Assembly: GCA_965228875.1 (NCBI GenBank)
Contig: OZ245843.1
Coordinates: forward strand, 1-64,000
DNA from: Thalassobaculaceae bacterium
Lineage (GTDB): Bacteria > Pseudomonadota > Alphaproteobacteria > Thalassobaculales > Thalassobaculaceae
Direction of reading: 5' to 3'
DNA: 64,000 nt
Shown here in pieces: positions 36,858 to 46,653 of this stretch. Both the position numbers and the translations under genes were made by a program. Below the pieces are notes generated by a model that ran no database searches, was not told where the DNA came from, and was given only the letters and a program-made list of their open reading frames with translations. Positions within the stretch are counted from its first letter, which is position 1, and each line of letters begins with the position of its first letter.

Positions 36858-37184
36858 TCAATTGCCGGGTTCCACGGGATGGCCGGAGCCGGCCCAGGCG
36901 ATGATCCCGCCCTGCAGGCGATAGAGCTGGCGCGTCTCGCCGTTCTCGATGAGGCGCTGGGCCGCGTGGCCGCAGCGCACGCCGCTCTTGCAGTGGAGCA
37001 CGACCTTCCTGTCGTCCGCCAGGGCGGCCGCGGCGGGGTCGAAGCCGGAGAGCGGAATCAACCGGGAGCCGGGGATCCGTGCCTGCGCGAATTCCGCCTC
37101 CTCGCGGACATCGATCAGGTCGACGGCGCCTTCCGCCAGCCACTGGGCGAGGGTGTCGGCGTCAATGAATTCCGGCATCGGCAT
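36858..37184 (-). CDS. Single-domain rhodanese (sulfurtransferase)
   Basis: IDVRE..E, IPGS, active loop HCKSGVR, L.GGI.AW. Confidence 0.88.
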   Translation of the reverse strand: MPMPEFIDADTLAQWLAEGAVDLIDVREEAEFAQARIPGSRLIPLSGFDPAAAALADDRKVVLHCKSGVRCGHAAQRLIENGETRQLYRLQGGIIAWAGSGHPVEPGN

Positions 37185-37319
37185 CTGGGCGGTCCTCACG
37201 CGGTCCGTTGGCAGTCCGACCATCCTGGCGTCGGTGACGGTCCATCGCAAGCCTTGGCAGGAGCGAGCGTGGCCGCATAATCTCGATGCGGCGGACACTT
37301 AACGGCGGGGGACGGCAGG

Positions 37320-38543
37320 ATGTGGGACGCGCTATGGATCGACGTCGACATCGCCACCTGCGCCACGCCGGGATCCTACGGTCGGATCGAGGATGCCGCG
37401 ATCGGCGTCAAGGATGGCCGGATCGCCTGGATCGGTGCGCGCGGCGATCTGCCCGGTCCGGTGGAGACGCTCGCGGCGGTTCTGAACGAGGGCGAGCAGA
37501 AGTGGGTCACGCCGGCCCTGATCGACTGCCACACCCATCTGGTTCACGGCGGCCAGCGGGCGGGTGAGTTCGAGCAGCGCCTGTCCGGGGCGAGCTATGC
37601 CGATATCGCCCGTGGGGGTGGCGGGATCCGATCGACGGTGATCGCCACCCGTTCGGCCAGCGAGCCGGACCTGCTGGCCGCAGCGATGCGCCGCCTGGCG
37701 CCGCTGATCGCCGAGGGGACGACGGTGATCGAGATCAAGTCGGGCTACGGCCTCGATCTGGATACCGAACTGAAGATGCTGCGGGTCGCCCGGTCGATCG
37801 AGCGCGAGGCGCCGGTCCGGGTCATCACCACCTTCCTCGGCGCCCATGCCCTACCGCAGGAATTCGACGGCGACTCCGACGGTTACATCGATTTCGTGTG
37901 CGACGAGGTATTGCCGGCAGCGGTCGAGCAGGGCCTGGTCGATCAGGTCGACGCGTTCTGCGAGACAATCGCGTTCTCGCCGGAACAGGTCGAGCGGGTT
38001 TTCGACGCCGCCCGGTTGTTCTCGCTGCCGGTCAAGCTGCACGCCGAGCAGCTCAGCGACCGCGGCGGTGCGGAACTCGCCGCGCGGTTCGGCGCCCTGT
38101 CGGCGGACCATCTGGAATACCTGTCGCCGGCCGGCGTCGCGGCCATGGCCGAGGCGGATATGGTGGCGGTTCTGCTGCCGGGCGCGTTCTACATGCTGGG
38201 CGAGACCCGCCTGCCGCCGGTCGGCCGTCTGCGCGCTGCGGGCGTGCCGATCGCGCTGGCGACCGACTGCAATCCTGGATCCTCGCCGCTCACCTCGCTG
38301 CTGACGACGATGAACATGGGGTGCGTGCTGTTCGGTCTGACGCCGGTCGAGGCGCTGGCCGGGGTCACGCGGAACGCCGCGGCGGCGCTCGGCCTGGGCG
38401 ACGAACGCGGCACGCTCGAGGTTGGCAAGGTTGCCGACTTCGTGATCTGGGACATCGAGGAGCCGGCGGAACTGACTTATCGGATCGGCTTCAATCCCTG
38501 CGTCGAGGTGATCCGGGAAGGGGCGCCGACCCTCGTGCGGTAG
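37320..38543 (+). CDS. hutI: Imidazolonepropionase
   Basis: [28 protein letters not shown] and [10 protein letters not shown] motifs. Confidence 0.95.
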   Translation: MWDALWIDVDIATCATPGSYGRIEDAAIGVKDGRIAWIGARGDLPGPVETLAAVLNEGEQKWVTPALIDCHTHLVHGGQRAGEFEQRLSGASYADIARGGGGIRSTVIATRSASEPDLLAAAMRRLAPLIAEGTTVIEIKSGYGLDLDTELKMLRVARSIEREAPVRVITTFLGAHALPQEFDGDSDGYIDFVCDEVLPAAVEQGLVDQVDAFCETIAFSPEQVERVFDAARLFSLPVKLHAEQLSDRGGAELAARFGALSADHLEYLSPAGVAAMAEADMVAVLLPGAFYMLGETRLPPVGRLRAAGVPIALATDCNPGSSPLTSLLTTMNMGCVLFGLTPVEALAGVTRNAAAALGLGDERGTLEVGKVADFVIWDIEEPAELTYRIGFNPCVEVIREGAPTLVR

Positions 38544-38553
38544 GCGCCGACGC

Positions 38554-39342
38554 TCAGGCGCTGACCGCCGGCCGGCTCTCGGCCAGAGCCGCTTCGACCC
38601 GCCCTCGGGCCGCAAGGAAATCCGGCGTCAGGCGCAGCGAGTCCGCGCGCGGGTGAGCGAAGCCGACCGGCACCTCGGCGACGATCCGGCCGGGGCGGGG
38701 GGACAGGACGACGACCCGGTCGGCCAGAAACAGAGCCTCCTCCACGTCGTGGGTGACGAGGATCACCGTCGCCGACGTGCGCTGGCGCACCCGTTCGAGC
38801 AACCCCTGCATGTCGCGGCGGGTCAGGCTGTCGAGGGCGCCGAACGGCTCGTCCAGCAGAAGCAGGTCCGGTTCCGGCGCCAGCGCGCGCGCGAGCGCCG
38901 CCCGCTGGGCCATGCCGCCGGACAGTGTCGCGGGCAGGGCGTCTGCGAAGTCGCCGACATCGACCGCGGCCAGCCATTCCGCCGCCCGCCGGTCGCCCTC
39001 GCTCCGGGGTACGCCCTGCTCGTCGAGGCCGAAGCGCACATTTGCGGCGACCGACAGCCAGGGGAACAGCGCCGGCTGCTGGAACATCATGCCGCGTCGC
39101 GGGTCCGGCCCGGTCACGGCAGATCCGTCGACGCGGATCGATCCGCCCGTCGGCGCCGCCAGTCCGGCGATGAGCCGCAGCAGGGTCGACTTCCCGCAGC
39201 CCGACGGCCCGACCAGGGCCAGAAACTCCCCCCTCGCGACGGCGAGGTCGAGCGGGCCCAGCACCGCGAGATCGCCGAAGGCGTGAGCGGCGTCGGAGAT
39301 CGCGACGGCGGTGTCGGCGGCTGGAAGGGTCGATGCGGTCAC
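38554..39342 (-). CDS. ABC transporter ATP-binding protein (TauB/SsuB/nitrate class)
   Basis: GPSGCGKST, LFPWL, LSGGMAQR, LLDEPFGALD and VTHDVEEA; GTG start after SD AGGAGAG. Confidence 0.9.
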   Translation of the reverse strand: MTASTLPAADTAVAISDAAHAFGDLAVLGPLDLAVARGEFLALVGPSGCGKSTLLRLIAGLAAPTGGSIRVDGSAVTGPDPRRGMMFQQPALFPWLSVAANVRFGLDEQGVPRSEGDRRAAEWLAAVDVGDFADALPATLSGGMAQRAALARALAPEPDLLLLDEPFGALDSLTRRDMQGLLERVRQRTSATVILVTHDVEEALFLADRVVVLSPRPGRIVAEVPVGFAHPRADSLRLTPDFLAARGRVEAALAESRPAVSA

Positions 39343-39393
39343 GGCGTACTCTCCTGAAGCGTGAGGGGGGCGGCGGCCCGGCATCCCCGATGG

Positions 39394-39981
39394 CTACCTG
39401 GCCTCCAGATCCAGCAGGGATTCGCAGCGCGCGATCCACGAGCGCAGCACCGGTCGGGGGTCGAGATCGAACCCGCCCTCGTCGGCAAGCCTGGTGTATG
39501 CCAGCAGGGCGATATCGGCGATGGTCAGCGCCTCACCGACCAGAAAGCCGCGGTCGGTCAACGCCCGCTCCAGGGCATCCAGGGCCGCCTCGCCCCTGGT
39601 GACCCGCCACGCCTCACGGGTCTCCTTGGGTTCACCCTTGTAGACCATGTGGAAGCGGCACACCGCGATATAGGGCTCGTGGCTGTACTGTTCCCAGAAC
39701 AGCCACTCGGCGACCTTGGCCCGGGCGAACGGGTCGTCCGGCATCAGGTCGGAACCTTCGGCGAGATACTGCAGAATGGCGTTTGACTGTCCGAGCGCGC
39801 GGCCGTCGTCGAGTTCGACGACCGGCACCTGGCCCATCGGGTTCAGGGCCAGGAACTCGGCCGTGCGGCTCCCGCCCTTCAGGATGTCGACCGGTACCCA
39901 GTGGTAGGCCAGGCCGAGACGGTCGGCGGCGTATTTGACCTTCAGGCAGTTGCCCGAGGCGAGATCGCCGTGGATTCGCAT
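39394..39981 (-). CDS. Glutathione S-transferase family protein
   Basis: SGNC.KV, NP.GQVP, QSNAIL.YLA, EQYSHEP and TIADIAL motifs. Confidence 0.9.
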   Translation of the reverse strand: MRIHGDLASGNCLKVKYAADRLGLAYHWVPVDILKGGSRTAEFLALNPMGQVPVVELDDGRALGQSNAILQYLAEGSDLMPDDPFARAKVAEWLFWEQYSHEPYIAVCRFHMVYKGEPKETREAWRVTRGEAALDALERALTDRGFLVGEALTIADIALLAYTRLADEGGFDLDPRPVLRSWIARCESLLDLEAR

Positions 39982-40026
39982 GCGGAGACTCCGGAAACAG
40001 CTGCGGTGTCGCCGGTTCAGGAGCCG

Positions 40027-41067
40027 CTATTCGAGGTCCAGCGACGGCGCGTTGCGCTGAATATGGCGGATCTTGTCGAGGCCGGGAACCATCTCAGCGA
40101 GCAGCCAGTCGGCGCGTTTGTTCGGGCTGCCGCTTTCGCCGGGGAACTCCTCCTGCCAGCGGATCATCTTCACCGCGAGACCGCACAGGATGCCGCCGAT
40201 GGTGTGGTGGTTGCTCGTCACCAGGCGCCTCAGATGGGCGTAGCGATACTTCGACAGATCCTTCCAGAACTCCCGGCTCGCCTCGTCGAAGGCCTTGAAG
40301 CGCAGCATCGCGAAGGTGATCGCCTCCTCGACCTGGGCGTCGACGATGTCGCAGTGGCGGATGGCCTCCTTGTTATGCCGCAAGTGCGAGTTGCGGATAC
40401 CTTCGCTGGTCCACTCCTTGAACCTGTCGAAGGTCGGCCGAATGTCCTCCAGGTAGCGCTTGAAGTACGACAGCGACAGAAAGATGTCGCCGTAGTCCTC
40501 CAGAAATCCCGGGATCTGGTCGATCTCCAGGTCCAGCGCGCCGGAGATTGCCTTGATCCGTTTCAGCGCGACGTCGCGGTCCACGCCCCGGAACATCTCG
40601 AAGATCTCGGCGGCCGAGGCGACGTCCTTGGTGTCGTCGCCGAACACGTTCTGCACCAGCGGGCGGGTAAACACCCGCATGTACTCTGTCAGCTTCGCCT
40701 GCATCTGTGGCGAAAGGCGCAGGTGCTCCGCCTCGTCGACGCGGATGTTGTGGGATCGCAGCGTGAGGCGAAGCGAGTAAACATCGAAACTCGGCGCCTG
40801 GGCCAGAGCCTCGATGATGGTGCGGTCTTCCTCGAAGGTCGGTGCGGAGGTGTCGAAGAAATCCCCCATCGCCCGAATGTCGATCTGGCCGGATCCTGCA
40901 CGGTTGTCGTTGAACAGCTCGATCACCGTCTCGAGCCGGGCGTTCTTCACCAGGCGGGTGCGCCGCATCCCCGGGGTCTGGAGCGGGATGATCGCCAGGG
41001 GCAGGATGTGCAGGGCATCCTTTTCCTCAGCGGTGTATCCCTCCGCGTCGATGGCGTCCGCCGACAT
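40027..41067 (-). CDS. Hypothetical protein (~346 aa, soluble, probably helical)
   Basis: Clean ORF with coding-like composition; no catalytic motif recognised. Confidence 0.8.
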   Translation of the reverse strand: MSADAIDAEGYTAEEKDALHILPLAIIPLQTPGMRRTRLVKNARLETVIELFNDNRAGSGQIDIRAMGDFFDTSAPTFEEDRTIIEALAQAPSFDVYSLRLTLRSHNIRVDEAEHLRLSPQMQAKLTEYMRVFTRPLVQNVFGDDTKDVASAAEIFEMFRGVDRDVALKRIKAISGALDLEIDQIPGFLEDYGDIFLSLSYFKRYLEDIRPTFDRFKEWTSEGIRNSHLRHNKEAIRHCDIVDAQVEEAITFAMLRFKAFDEASREFWKDLSKYRYAHLRRLVTSNHHTIGGILCGLAVKMIRWQEEFPGESGSPNKRADWLLAEMVPGLDKIRHIQRNAPSLDLE

Positions 41068-41232
41068 CGGTGACCCCCTAGCAGGCCGGCAAGAACAACG
41101 CGACGGCCGGCGCAAGCTCGAAAAATTAACAGACCATTCGGCCGGCTAACAACTGTGGCGCATCGCACAGATCGCAGGCTGTACGTCGCGCGACGAAGAA
41201 AGCCAGACTATCATGGTCGCCTGGAGGAAGAG

Positions 41233-41619
41233 ATGTCGATTGTCACATGGATGCGCGAACGGCTTTTGAGATCGCTGCCCCAAACGGCGGATCGCCGTCG
41301 AAACGAGCGGTACGTCGTTGCCTCGGGCTTGGAGATCGTCATCGGCGGCGAAGCGGCCGCTTGCGTTGTGGATAACGTGTCCGCCGGCGGTGTCCGGGTG
41401 CAGCCGGCGGTCGATGTGCCGATCGGGGCGGTGGTCACCGTACGCGACCCGCGAACTGGAATGAGCCTGGACGGCGAGGTGCTCGGTCACGAGGGCGGCG
41501 GCACCCGGCTGCAGTTCGAGTCCGAGGATGCCGGAATCATCGTCTCGACCTGGCTGCGCACGGCCGAAGAGGACGCGCCGTCTGAGGGAGAGGAGACGCC
41601 GACTGCCGGCGCCCGCTGA
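41233..41619 (+). CDS. PilZ-domain protein
   Basis: RxxxR (RRNER) and D/NxSxxG (NVSAGG); SD GGAGG. Confidence 0.82.
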   Translation: MSIVTWMRERLLRSLPQTADRRRNERYVVASGLEIVIGGEAAACVVDNVSAGGVRVQPAVDVPIGAVVTVRDPRTGMSLDGEVLGHEGGGTRLQFESEDAGIIVSTWLRTAEEDAPSEGEETPTAGAR

Positions 41620-41688
41620 CCGGCGCCGGCTGAAAGGTCTCGATGGCGACGCGGCGCCGGGTCGCTGTGCCGCGCCGAGAAGAGCGGG

Positions 41689-42393
41689 TTACGGGACGTC
41701 GACCAGGACGATCTCCGCATCGGTGGATGCCGAGACGACGACGCTTGGCTCATCGGCGATGGCGACGCCGTCCCGCGCCTGTGCCGGGACGCCGTTGATG
41801 GCGATCTCGCCGCTGGCCGCCACCAGATAGGCCTTGCGATCGGCCCCCAGAGTGTGGGTCACGCTCTGGCCGGCGGGGATGGTGGCGCCGAGCACCGCGG
41901 CATCCTGGTTGATGCTCAGGGCGCCGACCCCGGCGTCCTGCGGGCGCCCGGACGCCAGAACCACCAGATCGCCGGCCCGATCGCCCTTGGGGAACTGACG
42001 GGCATCCCACCGGGGCTCGAAGCCGGCGGCGGACGGCTCGATCCAGATCTGGAAGATCTGGGTCTCGTCCGGTTCCCGGTTGTACTCGGCGTGGACGATC
42101 CCGGTGCCGGCCGACATCACCTGAACGTCGCCGGCCTCGGTTCGGCCCTGGTTGCCGAGCCGGTCGAGGTGAGTGATCGCCCCTTTGCGCACATAGGTGA
42201 TGATCTCCATGTCGCGGTGCGGGTGCGGATCGAACCCGGTTCCGGGTTGGATGGTGTCGTCGTTCCAGACGCGCAGGGCGCCGAACGCCATGCGCTTTGG
42301 GTGGAGATAATGGCCGAAGCTGAAATGATGGCTGGCGTTCAGCCAGTCGATCCGGAACTTGCCGAGGGAGTCGAACGGACGGACCTCGATCAT
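41689..42393 (-). CDS. Pirin family protein (YhhW-like)
   Basis: HFSF, LRVWNDD, HPHRDMEIITY, MSAGTGI.H.E and QIWI motifs. Confidence 0.92.
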   Translation of the reverse strand: MIEVRPFDSLGKFRIDWLNASHHFSFGHYLHPKRMAFGALRVWNDDTIQPGTGFDPHPHRDMEIITYVRKGAITHLDRLGNQGRTEAGDVQVMSAGTGIVHAEYNREPDETQIFQIWIEPSAAGFEPRWDARQFPKGDRAGDLVVLASGRPQDAGVGALSINQDAAVLGATIPAGQSVTHTLGADRKAYLVAASGEIAINGVPAQARDGVAIADEPSVVVSASTDAEIVLVDVP

Positions 42394-42442
42394 GGCATCC
42401 TCCTTATCTGGCGCGCCGCCCGTTGCCGGCGCGGCGCCTCGT

Positions 42443-43060
42443 TCACGCCGCCTGCTTGAGCGCGGCGCAGGTCCCGCCCGCGATGCGCGCGACATGGGCG
42501 CCCTGGAACTCGGCCAGCGACAGTTCGGCGGCCGAGGGCTGGCGGCTGCCGTCGGGACCGGCGATCGTGCCGGCGCCGTAGGGCGATCCGCCACGGACCT
42601 CGTCGATGTTCAGCAGCTCCTGGGCGGCGTAGGGCAGGCCGACGACGACCATGCCATGGTGCAGCAGGGTGGTGTGGAACGACGTGATCGTCGTCTCGCT
42701 GCCGCCACCGGTGCCGGTGGACACGAACACGCTGCCGACCTTGCCGACAAGTTCGCCCTTGGCCCAGAGGCCGCCGGTCTGGTCGAGGAAGTTCCGCATC
42801 TGGGACGCCATGTTGCCGAAGCGAGTCGGCGTGCCGAAGATGATCGCGTCGTACTCCGCCAGCTCCTGGGGCGTCGCGACTTCGGCGTCCTGATCCAGCT
42901 TCATGCCGGCGTTGCGGGCGACGTCGTCCGGCACGAGCTCGGGGACGCGCTTGACGGTCACCTCGACGCCGGGAACGCTCGCCGCGCCCTTGGCGACGGC
43001 GCCGGCCATCGTCTCGATATGGCCGTAGCTCGAATAGTACAGCACCAGAACCTTGGTCAT
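42443..43060 (-). CDS. wrbA: NAD(P)H:quinone oxidoreductase WrbA
   Basis: [25 protein letters not shown] and GGSPYGA motifs. Confidence 0.95.
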   Translation of the reverse strand: MTKVLVLYYSSYGHIETMAGAVAKGAASVPGVEVTVKRVPELVPDDVARNAGMKLDQDAEVATPQELAEYDAIIFGTPTRFGNMASQMRNFLDQTGGLWAKGELVGKVGSVFVSTGTGGGSETTITSFHTTLLHHGMVVVGLPYAAQELLNIDEVRGGSPYGAGTIAGPDGSRQPSAAELSLAEFQGAHVARIAGGTCAALKQAA

Positions 43061-43161
43061 CGTGATCTCCATTCTTCGGCGGCCCGGCCGCCGGTTGAAT
43101 TCCGCTGCCCAGCAAATTGGTGTTCTCGTCTCGAAGATAAAATGGTCTATTGGTGAACGTA

Positions 43162-43181
43162 TTGTTTCCTGGTGTGAACAA
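43162..43181. promoter_or_regulatory. Probable LysR binding dyad between wrbA and the LysR gene
   Basis: TTGTT-N10-AACAA containing T-N11-A, just before the LysR start. Confidence 0.5.
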
Positions 43182-43190
43182 AGGGACGCG

Positions 43191-44084
43191 ATGCTGGATC
43201 ACCTGTCGGCCATGGCGGTGTTTGCCCGGGTTGTCGAGACCGGTGGGTTCTCCCGGGCGGCGGAGAGTCTCGGCATCTCGAAATCGGCCGTGTCGAAGCA
43301 GGTGTCGCGGCTTGAGGACAGGTTCGGCACCCGGCTGCTCAACCGCACGACCCGCAGCATCAGTCTGACCGAGGCGGGTGAGCGGGTATTGGAGCACAGC
43401 CTGCGGGCGCTCGCCGAGTTCGAGGCGGCGGAGGCGGAGGTCGGCGCGCACCGCGACACGCCCTCCGGCGTCCTGCGGGTCAGCGCCGGGGTTTCCTTCG
43501 GTCAGACCTGTCTGGCGCCGAAGCTCGCCGGTTTCCTTGCCGGCTGCCCCGAGCTCTCCATCGATCTCGTCCTGAACGACCGACGGGTCGATCTGATCGA
43601 GGAAGGCTACGACGTTGCCCTGCGCATCGGCACGCTGGCGGACTCAAGCATGATGGCGCGGCGGATCGCGCCGATCCGCAGCCTGACGGCGGCGTCCCCC
43701 GCGTATCTCGATCGTCGAGGACGGCCGGCGGCGCCGGCGGAGCTCTCCAGCCATGACTGCCTCGGCTACAGCTACCTGAACGGCGGAACCGTCTGGCAGT
43801 TCGACGGGCCCACGGGCCCGGTCCGCCACCGCTTCGTGCCCCGGCTGCTGTCGAACAACGGCACGGCACTGGCCGCTGCGGCGGTGGCGGGCTTCGGCGT
43901 CGTGCAAATGCCCGCCTTCATCATCGGGGATGCCGTCGCCGCCGGGCAGTTGGAGGAGATCCTGGGCGACCACCGACGGGCCGACTCGGCGCTCCACGCC
44001 GTCTATCCGGCGGGCCGGCCACCGGCGGCAAAGGTCCGGGCCTTCATCGATTTCGCCGTCGACGCCTTCGCCGCGCACGATTAG
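43191..44084 (+). CDS. LysR-family regulator (CrgA-like)
   Basis: HTH FSRAA..LG.SKSAVS...[25 protein letters not shown]; divergent from wrbA-pirin. Confidence 0.94.
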   Translation: MLDHLSAMAVFARVVETGGFSRAAESLGISKSAVSKQVSRLEDRFGTRLLNRTTRSISLTEAGERVLEHSLRALAEFEAAEAEVGAHRDTPSGVLRVSAGVSFGQTCLAPKLAGFLAGCPELSIDLVLNDRRVDLIEEGYDVALRIGTLADSSMMARRIAPIRSLTAASPAYLDRRGRPAAPAELSSHDCLGYSYLNGGTVWQFDGPTGPVRHRFVPRLLSNNGTALAAAAVAGFGVVQMPAFIIGDAVAAGQLEEILGDHRRADSALHAVYPAGRPPAAKVRAFIDFAVDAFAAHD

Positions 44085-44416
44085 TCCCGCTTGTCGAGCG
44101 CCGCTCGCAGGTCGGCGGCGAAGGCGCGCCCGTTGTCGAACCGTGTCTCCGCCCAGGCCGAACCGGTCCAGGTCTGCAGGATGATGGCCCGGCGGACCGC
44201 CTGAAGGGTCGTGGTCAGGCCGTCGACCGTTCCGGAGTCGATGCCGTCGGCCGCGACCCTGACCCGCACTCCGGACTCGTCCCATGCAACCGCAGCGTAC
44301 CCGAGTTCGGTCAGGGCGTGCCACGCCGCCTGTTCTCCGGTCCTGTCGCGTATGATGTTGCTCAACGACAGCGTTCTGCCGGATTTGTCGATCCAGTGAT
44401 CGAATTCGTCATCCAT
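44081..44416 (-). CDS. Hypothetical protein (111 aa)
   Basis: ATG after SD GGGGGAGG, with its own AT-rich upstream region; overlaps the LysR stop convergently. Confidence 0.7.
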   Translation of the reverse strand: MDDEFDHWIDKSGRTLSLSNIIRDRTGEQAAWHALTELGYAAVAWDESGVRVRVAADGIDSGTVDGLTTTLQAVRRAIILQTWTGSAWAETRFDNGRAFAADLRAALDKRD

Positions 44417-44564
44417 TCAGAGAGCCTCCCCCACTCATAAGGGGAAATATGGCAATGAACGCGAACCACCGTCATCTTAAAATTGCAATCGAACCTGTCG
44501 ACGCCTCTCCGGCCTGTCACCCGCAATCGTAAGGGGAATCGACCGATCCGACGGGCTCGGCAGG

Positions 44565-46643
44565 TCAGTCGCCTTCCCGCCGCCAGGCCAGGATCAGGGT
44601 CCCCATGACCAGCACCAGGGCGAGAGCGGCGGGCAGGGCGGGAATTAGGGACACACCCGCAACGACGTAGTCGCCGTTCTCTCTGAGGCCGATCCAGCCG
44701 CGCCCCGCCGATGTGCGTCCGGCCGCGACCCGTCGCAGCGAAGGTACGGCCGTGTCGGCCAGCCAGGTTACCGATCCGGCGGCTGCCTCGGCCAGTGGGG
44801 CCAGTTGGGTGGCGGTGGTTGCGACGTCGGACAGTTCGACCGGGTTCAGGGCGCCGACGGCGACCAGCGCCTGCTGCTCGCCGTCGTTCAGCCGGTACAG
44901 GCCGGGACGCGCGACCTCCAACTGACCGCGGGCCCGCCCGGGCTGGGCGGCGGTCAGCTCGACGGTGGTTTCGCTGCCGTCCGGGGCGGTCACCCGCACC
45001 GGCGGGAAGCTGTCGCCAAGCGTGCGTCGCTCGACCTCCAGCATCCGGCCGCGGGCCGTGGCCCGCAGATCGTTCTCCTCGAGGTCCGGTTCCTCCATCA
45101 GCCAGTGGGCGGTGCGGCGCAGAACCTCGGCCTGCGGTCCGCCGCCCTCGAATCCGCGGCTCCACAGCCAGATGTGGTCCGAAAGCAGATGGGCGACCCG
45201 GCCTTCGCCGACCCGGTCGAGGACCAGCAGCGGACGGCCTCCGACGCCACTCATCACCGCGTTCCCGCGCGTGCCCTGGCCGTCGATCTGGCGGAACCAT
45301 CGGCCCCAGAGCGGGTCGTTCATCGCGTCGGCATTGGCACCGGCCAGCGCGCCGGTGACCGGATGTCGCTGGCCGATATCGGTCACCCGCGGCTTGAAGC
45401 CCTGCTCGATCACGCCGCCGGTCGGGTTGATCGGCAGAACGTCGCCCAGCGGTGTGCGGGCCAGGCTCAACCGGCCGGCGAAGGTCGGCCCCGAAGCCTC
45501 CAGAAGGGCACCGCCGTCGCGCACGTAGTTGGCGATGTTGCGCAGGTACAGCCGCGGCAGCACGCCGCGCCGGCGATAGCGGTCGAAGATGATGAGGTCG
45601 AACTCCGCCAGCTTGAGTTCGAACAGTTCGCGGAACGGAAAGGCGATCAGCGACAGTTCGCGGATCGGTGTGCCGTCCTGTTTCTCCGGCGGACGCAGGA
45701 TGGTGAAGTGGACGAGATCGACGGACGGATCGGATTTCAGAATGTCGCGCCAGGTCCGTTCGCCGGCATGGGGCGCCCCGGATACCAGCAGCACGCGCAG
45801 CCGGTCGCGCACGCCGCTGATCCCGACGACCGCCCGGTTGTTCTCGAGGGTCAGTTCTTCCGGCCCCGGCTCGACCGACAGCTCGACCACCGTCTGGCCG
45901 GCATGGTCGATGGGAACGACGATCTCCTGCTCCGTGTTGGCGGGGACCGGGACATCCGGGCCCGGCTCGCCGTCGATCGACAGCCGGATGGCGACCGGGT
46001 CGCCGGCCGGGGTCGCCGGGTCCAGGACCTCGACCGACAGGGTCACGGTCTTGCCGACCATGCCGAAGCTCGGCGCCCGGGTGACGCGGAGGCGACGGTC
46101 CCGCTCGTCCCGCTCTCCGGTCAGCAGGACGTGTACCGGCGCATCCGTCGCGCCGGAAAGGCGTTCGGGATCGTGCACCTGGCCGTCGGTCACCGCGATC
46201 ACACCGGCGACCCGGCCGCGCGGGACGTCGCTGAGCGCCTCCCGGACCGCGGCGCCGAGCCGGGTCCCCTCGGTCGCTTCGCCGATCCCGCCGTCGCGGA
46301 CGACGACGCGTTTGACGTTGAGCGCGGGCAGCCGTGCCAGCCGCTCGTCCAGGGCGGCGACGGCGGCGTCGGTCCTGCTCTCCCGCTCGCCTATGGTCTG
46401 GCTGGTGGTGCGGTCGACGGCGACGATCACCACGTCCTCGCGCGGTTCGCGCCGTTCGGCGATCAGGGTCGGGTTGGCCAGCGCCAGCACAAGCGCGGCG
46501 AGGGCCAGGGTGCGCCACAGGATGCCGGTCGCCCGACGAAGCCAGCCGAGCGCCAGCACGAGCAAGGCGACCGCGCCGAGCCCGGCGACCAGGCTCCACG
46601 GCACCAGCGGAGCGAAGCTGACGGCGAGGGAGTCGGCGATCAT
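44565..46643 (-). CDS. Membrane protein with GATase-like domain (MoxR operon)
   Basis: N- and C-terminal TMs; TDGQVHD, LRVLLVSG.PH.GERTWR, DLVHFTILRPPEKQD and HIWLW.RG motifs. Confidence 0.85.
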   Translation of the reverse strand: MIADSLAVSFAPLVPWSLVAGLGAVALLVLALGWLRRATGILWRTLALAALVLALANPTLIAERREPREDVVIVAVDRTTSQTIGERESRTDAAVAALDERLARLPALNVKRVVVRDGGIGEATEGTRLGAAVREALSDVPRGRVAGVIAVTDGQVHDPERLSGATDAPVHVLLTGERDERDRRLRVTRAPSFGMVGKTVTLSVEVLDPATPAGDPVAIRLSIDGEPGPDVPVPANTEQEIVVPIDHAGQTVVELSVEPGPEELTLENNRAVVGISGVRDRLRVLLVSGAPHAGERTWRDILKSDPSVDLVHFTILRPPEKQDGTPIRELSLIAFPFRELFELKLAEFDLIIFDRYRRRGVLPRLYLRNIANYVRDGGALLEASGPTFAGRLSLARTPLGDVLPINPTGGVIEQGFKPRVTDIGQRHPVTGALAGANADAMNDPLWGRWFRQIDGQGTRGNAVMSGVGGRPLLVLDRVGEGRVAHLLSDHIWLWSRGFEGGGPQAEVLRRTAHWLMEEPDLEENDLRATARGRMLEVERRTLGDSFPPVRVTAPDGSETTVELTAAQPGRARGQLEVARPGLYRLNDGEQQALVAVGALNPVELSDVATTATQLAPLAEAAAGSVTWLADTAVPSLRRVAAGRTSAGRGWIGLRENGDYVVAGVSLIPALPAALALVLVMGTLILAWRREGD

Positions 46644-46653
46644 CGGCGTCCCC

